Origin: a virus
DNA length: 64,000 bases
Virus genome (UHGV): UHGV-0275551
Reading direction: 5' to 3' (one strand)
The notes below the pieces were generated by a model, which saw only the letters and a list, made by a program, of their open reading frames with translations, did no database searches and was not told where the DNA came from. Position numbers and translations under genes: made by a program. Shown in pieces: positions 23,641-31,961 of the stretch. Each line of letters starts with the position of its first letter. Positions within the stretch are counted from its first letter, which is position 1.

Positions 23641-23785
23641 TACCAGACCGTTGTTTATCATCTTAAGTGCTACCATTACACCAACTCGACATCTGCCGAG
23701 TGAAGGAATCGAACCTTCGCCTTTTCTTTACCGAGAAATAGATTGTTTAAGTTTTGCTGTAAACGGTCTTCTGTAAATTTGTTGA
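23641..23785 (-). repeat. spacer unit (family shared with 24180-24262 and 24340-24430) containing a tRNA-like T-arm fragment
   Basis: begins taccagaccg, ends ttgctgtaaacggtcttctgtaaatttg; internal gaagg-aatcgaa-ccttc hairpin followed by ttttcttt. Confidence 0.4.
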
Positions 23786-23922
23786 GCCAGACCAAGTTTT
23801 AAATTTTTCAAAATTAAATTGGCTTGAAATTTCATACATTCTTGCTGTATTTGGTCTTCTGCTCCTTTAAAGAATACTCGTAAGAACTCTTTAAGGGAGG
23901 GGCTAAATAGCCCTCTCAAAAT

Positions 23923-24000
23923 TGGCGGTTATGAAGGGATTTGAACCCTCATCATCTCCCGTGACAGGGGAGTATTTTAACCAGATTAAACTACATAACC
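23923..24000 (-). tRNA. tRNA-Asp (anticodon GTC)
   Basis: sense anticodon arm CTCCC-CTGTCAC-GGGAG perfect; acceptor ggttatg/cataacc perfect. Confidence 0.6.
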
Positions 24001-24006
24001 TTTATT

Positions 24007-24094
24007 TGGTGTGCCGTGTAGGAGTCGAACCTACCGAGTCTCAATGACAAGGGATTTACAGTCCCCACCGCTACCATCTACGGGATAACGACAC
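24007..24094 (-). tRNA. tRNA-Tyr (anticodon GTA), class II
   Basis: 88 nt; sense anticodon loop CTGTAAA; perfect T-arm gtagg-agtcgaa-cctac; long variable arm. Confidence 0.55.
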
Positions 24095-24102
24095 ATTTAA
24101 TT

Positions 24103-24179
24103 TGGCGGTTAGTCAGGGATTCGAACCCTGTGCCATTCGCTTAACAGGCGACCGCACATACCTTATGTGCTTCCTAACC
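24103..24179 (-). tRNA. tRNA-Asn (anticodon GTT)
   Basis: sense anticodon loop CTGTTAA; D-stem GCAC/GTGC; perfect T-arm caggg-attcgaa-ccctg. Confidence 0.55.
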
Positions 24180-24262
24180 ATGTTTAGTATTACCAGACCG
24201 TATCTTTCAATTTTTCCGCTAAAAATTTAATAAATATTGCTGTAAACGGTCTTCTGTAAATT
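24180..24262 (-). repeat. spacer unit between tRNA-Asn and the second CAT tRNA
   Basis: shares taccagaccg start and ttgctgtaaacggtcttctgtaaatttgg end with the 23641-23785 unit. Confidence 0.45.
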
Positions 24263-24339
24263 TGGAGGCGGGTGCAGGAGTCGAACCTGCCGATACCATG
24301 CTAATGAGACATGTGAGACGCCCTTTCTCTATACCCGCA
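24263..24339 (-). tRNA. tRNA with anticodon CAT, pair 1:72 mismatched (initiator-like?)
   Basis: perfect T-arm gcagg-agtcgaa-cctgc; sense anticodon loop CTCATTA (position 37 is T); acceptor pair 1:72 is T:C. Confidence 0.45.
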
Positions 24340-24430
24340 ATTCTTAATGACCAGACCAAATCTCTTCTTTGTCCGATTTACCTTCAGATGAATAAGATTA
24401 AGTTTGCTGTAATTGGTCTTCTGTCAAAAC
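24340..24430 (-). repeat. spacer unit between the CAT tRNA and tRNA-Glu
   Basis: accagaccaaa start and tttgctgtaattggtcttctgtcaaaactgg end, degenerate copy of the spacer family. Confidence 0.4.
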
Positions 24431-24508
24431 TGGCGTTCCAGAAGGGATTTGAACCCTCAGATATCCACTTTGAAAGAGTGGTGACTTTACCGTTTTGTCT
24501 ACTGGAAC
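24431..24508 (-). tRNA. tRNA-Glu (anticodon TTC)
   Basis: sense anticodon arm CCACT-CTTTCAA-AGTGG perfect; acceptor gttccag/ctggaac perfect. Confidence 0.6.
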
Positions 24509-24515
24509 ATTAATT

Positions 24516-24592
24516 TGGTCTCTGTTGGAGGACTTGAACCTCCGGCCTTACCGCCCCAAACGGAACGCTCTACCAAGCTGAGCTAAACAGAG
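24516..24592 (-). tRNA. tRNA-Pro (anticodon TGG)
   Basis: sense anticodon loop TTTGGGG; perfect T-arm ggagg-acttgaa-cctcc; D-arm GCTC-AGCTTGGTA-GAGC. Confidence 0.55.
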
Positions 24593-24716
24593 ATAAACTT
24601 TTCAAACTCTATGTAACCACTTTAACATTATTTTTTAGTGGTTGTCAAGAACTTTTTTAAAATATTTTTCAGTATCTTAGAAAAGCTCTCATTTCGTTTC
24701 TATGTAGAACATATTA

Positions 24717-24756
24717 AAGGGTATTAAACACATTGTCAATACCCTTTTTAAAACTT
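24717..24756. terminator. 9-bp-stem hairpin with T-runs on both sides (bidirectional terminator candidate)
   Basis: aagggtatt / aataccctt stem, 12-nt loop, followed on plus strand by ttttaaaactttttacc; lies between the vWA gene and the tRNA array. Confidence 0.4.
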
Positions 24757-24757
24757 T

Positions 24758-26173
24758 TTACCAGATATAACGGTCAATCATTACTGCTTTGAGCATTACA
24801 CTGATTGGGTCAAACTTCTCACCACCAAGCAGAGCTTTTAAAGTGGCTGGAGAGAACCCTGATACCATTGCTACACCGTTATCCTTAACAGATACTTCGC
24901 AAGTACCATTACGGTTTGCTAAGTACCAGAATACCAGTTGTGGCATCTCATATCCAGCTTTTTTGTACTTACTCTGAATTGCTTCAAAGTTTGTACGACC
25001 GTTAGCCCCATCAACCTGATTAAACTCCATATCGGAGAAGATGATAAGCTTACTTGGCATATCTTTCTGAGTCAAGTTGTTTCTTTTGCCTGTCTCAAGA
25101 ATACGGTCAAAAGCTGCTTGTAAGTTAGTTGAGCCATATTCAACGTGTCGCATCACCTGACGATGACGGTTTCGTAAATCACCACTCAGTTCGATGAAGT
25201 GAGGGTTTGTTGAATAAACCATCAACTCATTCTTAAAGCAACCTGTATTGCGTTCTGCTACATACAAGGCAAGTGATACACCAATATCCAGAGCAGTAAT
25301 GGAGCCAAAATTCACCCAAGACATTGAACTTGATACATCAGACATACACAAGATGTTTTCACCTTCTGCCATCCAGTTTGGTAGTGCTTTCCACTGCTCA
25401 TTAGCAACATCTGCATTACCATGCTTGACAGATTTAATCACATCGTATGGGTAAACAGCACCAGCATTAATCTTAGCCTCACCTTTTGATAAGGACTCAA
25501 TGTAAGCTTTGTAACGTTCTCCATCCTTACGGTTAAACAGTTTTTGGTAACGTGCAGCAGCAAGTGAGGGAACCTTACTGTAGTCAATCTTGCCAAACTC
25601 ATTAGCAGAGATTTTTTGCTCAACTGTATCAGATAGTGCAGATAACAGTGTGCGGTACTCTTTCTCGCTCAAGTTGGCAAACTTGCAGAAACGTTTTACA
25701 AACTGCTTATGACGTGGTTTGACTCGTGGTAACCACTTAGCCGCCAAACCTGCTGTTGCAGGGTCTAGTAATGCTGCTTCTAAATGTTTGAAGGCATCTG
25801 TCTCGAAACAAGTACCCACGAAGATTTTGAAGTCATCAAAACGACCAAGTTCTGCAATCTTATCCATAATGCGAAGAACCTGTGTAGGCTCTAAAACTTT
25901 ATCTTCAATTGCTTGAAGCAAAACAGTTCTGAAGGCTTTACGCTCACCCATACCTTCTCGTACATCTCGCATATGAAGCAAAATACGAACTGCAACATCA
26001 ACATCCTCACGCAAAGCTTTGTAGAACAAGTCTGGTAAGATTTCTACATTGCTACGGCTTGAACCAGCAGCTTTGTAAAAGTCTACAAGAGCAGACATTG
26101 ATGAAGTATGGTTTACAGCACCATTTTCAGTTCGACCTGCATGAAGGTGCGCATGTTTAAATAATTCGCTCAT
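24758..26173 (-). CDS. vWA-domain protein with about 280-aa helical N-terminal domain
   Basis: 471 aa; MIDAS-like DxSxS (ILCMSDVSSSMSW) and KLIIFSDMEF strand typical of von Willebrand A domains. Confidence 0.55.
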   Translation of the reverse strand: MSELFKHAHLHAGRTENGAVNHTSSMSALVDFYKAAGSSRSNVEILPDLFYKALREDVDVAVRILLHMRDVREGMGERKAFRTVLLQAIEDKVLEPTQVLRIMDKIAELGRFDDFKIFVGTCFETDAFKHLEAALLDPATAGLAAKWLPRVKPRHKQFVKRFCKFANLSEKEYRTLLSALSDTVEQKISANEFGKIDYSKVPSLAAARYQKLFNRKDGERYKAYIESLSKGEAKINAGAVYPYDVIKSVKHGNADVANEQWKALPNWMAEGENILCMSDVSSSMSWVNFGSITALDIGVSLALYVAERNTGCFKNELMVYSTNPHFIELSGDLRNRHRQVMRHVEYGSTNLQAAFDRILETGKRNNLTQKDMPSKLIIFSDMEFNQVDGANGRTNFEAIQSKYKKAGYEMPQLVFWYLANRNGTCEVSVKDNGVAMVSGFSPATLKALLGGEKFDPISVMLKAVMIDRYIW

Positions 26174-26254
26174 ATTTTACTCTCTTCTCTCATTTGTTGT
26201 TTGATGTGACAGACTTTAGAGCAACTTTATAGAGTCTGTCAACACCTTTTAAAA

Positions 26255-26626
26255 TTATTTTTTAAGAGTCGCTACAGCAGAGAACGTTGGTTTGTTATCT
26301 GTCTGTTGTTGACCACCATTATCAGGAGTCTTCTTAGTGTCTGCTGCAAGTGCTTTCATCTCACCTGCTGAGTGAGTAAAGATAGTTTTACCTACCTCAA
26401 TCATGCTCTTGATGGTTACGTCGTCTGTGTTTAACCCGAACTCTGCAAGCTTAGCAGCATCCCTTGTAACAATCGCTTCAAATAACTTTGCAGCAAACTC
26501 AGCAGAGTTGTCAATGGTCAGTTGAGCTTTTACAAGTGAGCTTTTGTTGCGAGAGCCTTTTGGTCTTCCAGATGGGTTTCCAGATTGGCCTTTTTTAAAC
26601 TGGCCTTTGTTTGTTCTGTTTTTCAT
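26255..26626 (-). CDS. hypothetical basic protein
   Basis: 123-aa track ORF; N-terminal KGQSGNPSGRPKGSRNK motif; divergent from the plus-strand cluster. Confidence 0.4.
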   Translation of the reverse strand: MKNRTNKGQFKKGQSGNPSGRPKGSRNKSSLVKAQLTIDNSAEFAAKLFEAIVTRDAAKLAEFGLNTDDVTIKSMIEVGKTIFTHSAGEMKALAADTKKTPDNGGQQQTDNKPTFSAVATLKK

Positions 26627-26801
26627 TGGTATGCCTCTTATAAGACCTCTTAAAAGGCTTTTAAGATAAAAGATAGATATCCAGAAAGATATCTGTTTAA
26701 ATAGCCTTTTTAGAGGAACCTTTTAAGTTATCTTCTAAGTATTTATAAGCCTACACCTTGTCAAGTACTTTGTCAACAACTTTTTTAACTTGCAATAGTT
26801 C

Positions 26802-26830
26802 TTGACTTGTTGTATGGATTACTGTACCAT
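26802..26830 (+). promoter_or_regulatory. sigma70-like promoter candidate for the plus-strand cluster
   Basis: TTGACT - 17 bp - TACCAT, about 45 nt upstream of the ATG at 26876. Confidence 0.3.
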
Positions 26831-26875
26831 CTTACTTAAAGCTGTAGGTCTGCCTTGTTCTACAAAGGAGACTTA

Positions 26876-27037
26876 ATGAGAAAATCAAATAAACCGAAGA
26901 AAGGTAAGAATACCAATCACTGTAAGGAATCAAAAAGGGTAGAGTCAATCTACTATTCATCCTCTGAAATTGGTCTGTACCTGTTCTTTCAAAATTACAG
27001 AAGACAAGAGGATTATCTATGTGTAGTTCCCAATTAG
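26876..27037 (+). CDS. hypothetical small basic protein
   Basis: track ORF 26855..27037 re-started at ATG 26876, which has an AAAGGAGA RBS; the track start is a TTG. Confidence 0.3.
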   Translation: MRKSNKPKKGKNTNHCKESKRVESIYYSSSEIGLYLFFQNYRRQEDYLCVVPN

Positions 27038-27252
27038 AAATCGCAGATATTATAGATTTATATCAAACTGCAAAGAGTCATGGCTATATAACCTCAATTG
27101 GAAAGAATAGTCACTATGATGCTTTGACTGGAATGTATTTCAGGGCAATGGCTCAATCTAGTGAACAACACTTAATGGTTTCTTCCAGTGAGTTTACTTC
27201 GTTTCTCTATTGCAGCAAAATTATAAATCGCAGGAGAACTGAAAAATGTTAA
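27019..27252 (+). CDS. hypothetical protein
   Basis: 77-aa track ORF; AAGAGGA RBS upstream of ATG. Confidence 0.4.
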   Translation: MCSSQLEIADIIDLYQTAKSHGYITSIGKNSHYDALTGMYFRAMAQSSEQHLMVSSSEFTSFLYCSKIINRRRTEKC

Positions 27253-27836
27253 CAGTAAGTTTTAATTACAATAGTGATGGCTCTGTATCAATTAACTCAC
27301 CATATGCAAATGACCTATTGAAAGAATTAGTTAATCAGTGTGATAGAGGTCTTCACTATGTTCCAAATTCTTTTAAACAGAAGACTATTGCTAATAACTT
27401 GATGCGTGTAACAGTAACGTCATCGAATCCAAATTATGACTTTGATAGTGAAAGCCCGTACTCATTAGTTGCGCTTGGAGAGAGCAGCCAATTCAAACTT
27501 GTTTGCCACGACTCAGAAACATTCCTTAAGGTATTTTCCAACCTTATCCATAATAATAAGTACAGCTACGTTGATGGTAGTGTAAATTTCTATCCAGCAA
27601 ACTATACATGTTTGTTGGTTGATAATATGAGAAAAAGTAAGCAAGAGCCTACAGAAATTTCATTTGATGTGAACTCTAGTCCAGACGCAGAAACAAGTAA
27701 GAACTTTGATATGAGTTACGCATTGTCACTCAGTAAGAAATCCGAGTTCATTGATTATGTCAATGGATTTGGTTTTAAGTTTGATGAGAGTATGAATCTT
27801 AAAAAACTTAAGAACCTACTTAAGACCAAAGCTTAA
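27246..27836 (+). CDS. hypothetical protein
   Basis: 196-aa track ORF; AGGAGA RBS; followed by hairpin aggggc-tgat-gcccct. Confidence 0.5.
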   Translation: MLTVSFNYNSDGSVSINSPYANDLLKELVNQCDRGLHYVPNSFKQKTIANNLMRVTVTSSNPNYDFDSESPYSLVALGESSQFKLVCHDSETFLKVFSNLIHNNKYSYVDGSVNFYPANYTCLLVDNMRKSKQEPTEISFDVNSSPDAETSKNFDMSYALSLSKKSEFIDYVNGFGFKFDESMNLKKLKNLLKTKA

Positions 27837-27883
27837 GTGTGAATAGGGGCTGATGCCCCTTTAACTATTTATAAGGATATTTA

Positions 27884-28255
27884 ATGAAAGCTAAGAGTGC
27901 AAAAGACTTTTATTGCTTCCTACAATCCTATATCAATTCCGTGCAAAATGGTGAAAGGTACAACATTAATGATGTTATCCCAACACCTTTGACATGGAGA
28001 CTCAGTAAATGGCCTGAAGAAGATATTACACCAACAAGCAAACAACGCACCTACAAACCTGAAATCAATATTCCAGATTCTGAGAATCTATTATATCCAA
28101 TGTTCCATATTGTTGGTCTTGGAAGATTCCTTATGGATATCCAGTATGTAATTGGTAAAGGTTATAAGGTTAAAGGTATTGTTGTTGGTGATGTATCTCC
28201 GCATCACAAAGGTTATTTTAGACTAAACGCACATTTAGAGGCTAAAAAGAAATGA
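27884..28255 (+). CDS. hypothetical protein, paralog of the N-terminal domain of the next gene
   Basis: 123 aa; shares F(L/F)MD(I/L)QY(V/A)I and other blocks with residues 1-110 of the 28252..29136 product. Confidence 0.5.
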   Translation: MKAKSAKDFYCFLQSYINSVQNGERYNINDVIPTPLTWRLSKWPEEDITPTSKQRTYKPEINIPDSENLLYPMFHIVGLGRFLMDIQYVIGKGYKVKGIVVGDVSPHHKGYFRLNAHLEAKKK

Positions 28256-29136
28256 TTAAAGCAAAGACTTACCCAGACTTCAAAGAGTTTGTGAAGGGTT
28301 TCATTGCAAATGTAAAGGCTGGTAAGAGATATGATTTTAGAACATATCAAGAGGCTATTTTACCACTTACCTATAGTTCATATTGGCCTGAAGCTGATAT
28401 TGCAGAAGTTGAGAAGTTTGACTACAAACCAGACTACAAAGTTCCATTTAGTGATGAATTGCTTTACAGTGTTGGTGCACAGATGAGAACTGCTGATTTC
28501 TTCATGGACTTACAATATGCAATTATCAATGGTAAAGACGTTGATACAGTTTATTGTGAATGGCTGGCAAGAGTTAAACCATTCTCAATGCTGAATGCTA
28601 AGTTGAAGGATGCTATCAAGCCACCAGCAATCACTCAGCAACCAACCAATCAAACAGTAAATGAAGGTGGCACACTTACTCTAAGCATTCTAGCAACTAA
28701 CGCCACTGGATATCAGTGGAAGAAGGATGGTGAGGACATCCCTAGTGCCAATTCTGCAACTTACACAAAACAGTCAGTAGCACCTTCTGACGCTGGTTCA
28801 TACACTTGTGTTGTATCTGGAGAGGGTGGAACAAGTATTACCTCAGATGCGGCAACAGTTACTGTCAACGCACTTCCGGTAATCACTCAACAGCCAACCA
28901 ATCAAGAAATCACTGAAGGTGAGACTTTAACACTGAATGTTGTGGCAACAGGTGCAACAGGTTACCAGTGGAAGAAAGGTGAGGAAGACATCCCCGATGC
29001 AACTACTGCAACTTACACCAAAGAAGGTGCAACCACTGCTGATGCAGGAAGCTACACCTGTGTAGTTACTGGTGCAGGTGGCTCTGTAACATCTAATGCA
29101 GCAACAGTTACAGTTAACCCAGCAGGGGAGGCATAA
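28252..29136 (+). CDS. protein with paralogous N-domain plus two tandem Ig-like domains
   Basis: 294 aa; two about 90-aa repeats ITQQPTNQ..EG.TLTL..ATGATGYQWKK..EDIP...ATYTK...AGSYTCVV.G.GG..S.AATVTVN. Confidence 0.55.
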   Translation: MIKAKTYPDFKEFVKGFIANVKAGKRYDFRTYQEAILPLTYSSYWPEADIAEVEKFDYKPDYKVPFSDELLYSVGAQMRTADFFMDLQYAIINGKDVDTVYCEWLARVKPFSMLNAKLKDAIKPPAITQQPTNQTVNEGGTLTLSILATNATGYQWKKDGEDIPSANSATYTKQSVAPSDAGSYTCVVSGEGGTSITSDAATVTVNALPVITQQPTNQEITEGETLTLNVVATGATGYQWKKGEEDIPDATTATYTKEGATTADAGSYTCVVTGAGGSVTSNAATVTVNPAGEA

Positions 29137-29600
29137 TGCAACTCTCAAGAAAAGGTTTAGAAGCTATTAAGTTCTTTGAAGGTCTTAAGCTTGAGGCTTA
29201 CGAAGATTCTGCTGGAATCCCCACAATTGGGTATGGGACAATTCGTATTGGTGGGAAGCCTGTTAAGATGGGTATGAAGATTACCGCTGAACAAGCTGAA
29301 CAGTATCTTCTCGCAGATGTTGAAAAGTTCGTTGCAGCAGTGAACAAAGCCATCAAGGTTCCAACTTCTCAGAATGAGTTTGATGCACTTGTAAGTGAAA
29401 CATACAACATTGGTATCACAGCTATGCAGGACTCTACATTTATCAAGCGCCACAACGCTGGTAATAAGGTAGGTTGTGCAGAAGCTATGCAGTGGTGGAA
29501 CAAGGTAACGGTCAAAGGTGAGAAGGTCACTTCAAACGGTCTTAAAAACAGACGCAGAATGGAAGCTGATATTTACCTTGACAGTGTATACCCAAAGTAA
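29136..29600 (+). CDS. endolysin, GH24 (T4/P22-type) lysozyme
   Basis: 154 aa; FFEGLKLEAYEDSAGIPTIGYG block with catalytic Glu/Asp/Thr pattern; GGGGAGG RBS. Confidence 0.85.
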   Translation: MQLSRKGLEAIKFFEGLKLEAYEDSAGIPTIGYGTIRIGGKPVKMGMKITAEQAEQYLLADVEKFVAAVNKAIKVPTSQNEFDALVSETYNIGITAMQDSTFIKRHNAGNKVGCAEAMQWWNKVTVKGEKVTSNGLKNRRRMEADIYLDSVYPK

Positions 29601-29609
29601 TATCTTCAT

Positions 29610-29632
29610 AGGCTCCTTCGGGAGCCTTTTTT
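29610..29632 (+). terminator. rho-independent terminator after endolysin
   Basis: aggctcc-ttcg-ggagcct hairpin followed by TTTTTT. Confidence 0.65.
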
Positions 29633-29651
29633 ATTTTCTAAGGAGAAAGCT

Positions 29652-30050
29652 ATGAAACTTTGGGCTAGTGACTTTGGAACTTTTAAGTACACTCGTAATG
29701 GCTCGCTTGTACGCATTGTCGGGAACAATGTAGTTTCAAGAGGTGATAAGGTGTATACACGGTTTACTGTAGAGCTTGTTGAATTGTCACCTATTGAGTC
29801 TGTGAACAATGGTCTGTTCAAGTTTGAGACTTACAATGTCAATGAGCATGGACAATTCAACCCTCTTGGCGAAAGTGGACTTGATATTATTTCAGAGCAC
29901 CCATTGACAAAAGAGCAACTTGCAGGTTACTATAAAACTGTTCTGGAAAGGCAGTTAGCAACACATGAACAAGAAGCTAACTACCATCTACAGCATTGCG
30001 AAACTTTAAGAGCAAAAATCGAACAAGCAGAGAGAGGTTTTTATGAATAA
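29652..30050 (+). CDS. hypothetical protein
   Basis: 132-aa track ORF; AAGGAGA RBS. Confidence 0.5.
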   Translation: MKLWASDFGTFKYTRNGSLVRIVGNNVVSRGDKVYTRFTVELVELSPIESVNNGLFKFETYNVNEHGQFNPLGESGLDIISEHPLTKEQLAGYYKTVLERQLATHEQEANYHLQHCETLRAKIEQAERGFYE

Positions 30051-30450
30051 AGATGTTAGAGATATTCAAGTAAAGGTTGACACATTTGGTCATGATGGTC
30101 TAGAAGACATCGGTTTTGCCGACGCAGTAATATTCAAGTGCAACGGAGATTTATTCCTTCGTTTTACAGGGTCTGGAAGCACCCTTCATCGGGTGCGAGA
30201 TGATGAAGATGGCTGCCCTGTATTTGGTTGGTTTAACACAGAGTTCCCTCTCTACGTAATCCACTATCCAGATGGTGGAGAAGACTGGACAACCCAATCA
30301 ATCTTTGATGAGCTTAATGGTGTTCCAGTTGAGCAAGAAGAGCAAGAAGAGCAAGAACCTGTTGAACTCACCTTCACTTTTATCAAAGAAGAGAAAGTAG
30401 GTGACTTGTCAGTAACTGAAGCAATTCAAGTCTCACAGGTTATTCGTTAA
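30043..30450 (+). CDS. hypothetical acidic protein
   Basis: 135-aa track ORF; AGAGAGG RBS; overlaps previous stop. Confidence 0.45.
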   Translation: MNKDVRDIQVKVDTFGHDGLEDIGFADAVIFKCNGDLFLRFTGSGSTLHRVRDDEDGCPVFGWFNTEFPLYVIHYPDGGEDWTTQSIFDELNGVPVEQEEQEEQEPVELTFTFIKEEKVGDLSVTEAIQVSQVIR

Positions 30451-30743
30451 TGAGTAAAGTACAGGTTGTTTTCCCTATTTGTGACTTCTCACTGGAGCGT
30501 GAACTTGACCTGTACGAAGAAATTACTGACGAAATTATCTGGTCTGTTGTAGAAGAGGCTATCAAGAAGCTGTATGGTGGCCTCTTAAATCCATCAAGTA
30601 AGAAGTTAAGCACTAAGCAAGTAGCTGACCCATATATTTCATACGATGCCTACAACAAACCTTTTGAAAATACCTGCTTTGACCTTATGGTAGGTAATAA
30701 CAAAGTCAACTATTTCTTCGTCAGAGAGTTTAACGATGAGTAA
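30450..30743 (+). CDS. hypothetical protein
   Basis: 97-aa track ORF; TAATG stop-start overlap. Confidence 0.4.
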   Translation: MSKVQVVFPICDFSLERELDLYEEITDEIIWSVVEEAIKKLYGGLLNPSSKKLSTKQVADPYISYDAYNKPFENTCFDLMVGNNKVNYFFVREFNDE

Positions 30744-31080
30744 GCTCCATGTCACAGTGTACAAAAACTTCTCAGATATTAAAGAGTCTTTAACAAATAA
30801 GCTTGACTTACAACGTAAAAGACTCTTTTTAATGTATGACATAGACAACTACAACCATCCTAAAGAGTTTAACTACAAAGATGGTACAAAGGTTGTTGAG
30901 TTTGAAGATTCTGTGACGGTGTATGTAAAATATGACTTACCAGCAAAGTATATAGGGATGTTAGAGTACTACATATTCAAACATACTGGTATGCGTGGTG
31001 AGTCTGTCAAGATATCTTCTATAGAAGTTTTTGAGAAACCTAACACACAACTTAAAAAGTATTTAATGAGGAAACTGTAA
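30736..31080 (+). CDS. hypothetical protein
   Basis: 114-aa track ORF. Confidence 0.4.
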   Translation: MSKLHVTVYKNFSDIKESLTNKLDLQRKRLFLMYDIDNYNHPKEFNYKDGTKVVEFEDSVTVYVKYDLPAKYIGMLEYYIFKHTGMRGESVKISSIEVFEKPNTQLKKYLMRKL

Positions 31081-31670
31081 TGTCCGAAGAGCAACAGAAT
31101 ATTACCCCACAAGTAACACTAGTCCAACATTTTGGGAACATTGAAGGTTGTGTTGCACTTTTTCAACCAAGTATCAATTCTCCTGCAAAAGTCTGTAAGT
31201 TGACTATGAATGTCAACAATATCAGTGTTTGCCTTGTTGATGAAGTACAATACTTCAAATTCAATGACAGAGAAGTTGATGCTGCACTATTGAAGTATCG
31301 AGCAAGCCTCGAAAAAGACATTGACCATAAAGAGCTTGTCACACTGTTTGGTGACCTACACAAGCTTCTTGAAAAGGTTATTAAGCGTACATACTACATG
31401 AACAATGGTTCAATCATCACAACTTTGATTTCTCCATGTATCTCAGAGCCAATTCTGACTGATGAAGGTGGATACTACGTAGTGGCATCAGCAGATTCTG
31501 ATTGGTGGATGAAAAATACAGCACTTAAGACGGTTATTGAGGCTATTCGTGAGCATATCCCTTCATTCAGCCCGTGGAAAGGTAAAGGTGATGACTTTAT
31601 CGCACTATTGAGTGAAGAAAGTAGCAAACGCAGTGCATTAATGCCTAAGAAGTACTCTTGCCGAGTATAA
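31080..31670 (+). CDS. hypothetical protein
   Basis: 196-aa track ORF; GAGGAA RBS. Confidence 0.45.
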   Translation: MSEEQQNITPQVTLVQHFGNIEGCVALFQPSINSPAKVCKLTMNVNNISVCLVDEVQYFKFNDREVDAALLKYRASLEKDIDHKELVTLFGDLHKLLEKVIKRTYYMNNGSIITTLISPCISEPILTDEGGYYVVASADSDWWMKNTALKTVIEAIREHIPSFSPWKGKGDDFIALLSEESSKRSALMPKKYSCRV

Positions 31671-31742
31671 AATATTGACTATAATGGGAGCTATCGAGAG
31701 GTAGTTCCCTTTTTAGCTTCTTAAGAAGATGCGTGGTGAAAA

Positions 31743-31961
31743 ATGAAAAAACTAACTACAGTTGAAGATTACTACAAACTGTCCCTATTAGAACAATATC
31801 GTAGGAGTCAGAATATCAGAAAATGCTATGGTAAACACGCTGAAGGTGACTTTTACCGTTGCTACGATGCAGATTTAAAAGGTGTAACACCTAGAGGGAA
31901 AGTCCTGCAAAGACTTGTTGACCTTGAGTGGAACAAACGATTGAGAGGGGTTGGGAAATGA
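31743..31961 (+). CDS. hypothetical protein
   Basis: 72-aa track ORF; GGTGA RBS. Confidence 0.4.
   Translation: MKKLTTVEDYYKLSLLEQYRRSQNIRKCYGKHAEGDFYRCYDADLKGVTPRGKVLQRLVDLEWNKRLRGVGK

Noticed and set aside
23695-23730. Additional complete tRNA gene
   Set aside because: A good T-arm-like hairpin (gaagg-aatcgaa-ccttc) is present but no matching 5' acceptor strand or canonical anticodon loop could be found; treated as a fragment within a spacer unit.
23546-24513. Plus-strand track ORFs 23546..23776 and 24262..24513
   Set aside because: They lie inside the tRNA array, overlap tRNA genes or structured spacers and have no RBS; likely spurious.
26855-27037. Track ORF start at 26855
   Set aside because: This start is a TTG without RBS; the in-frame ATG at 26876 has an AAAGGAGA RBS, so the shorter form was annotated.
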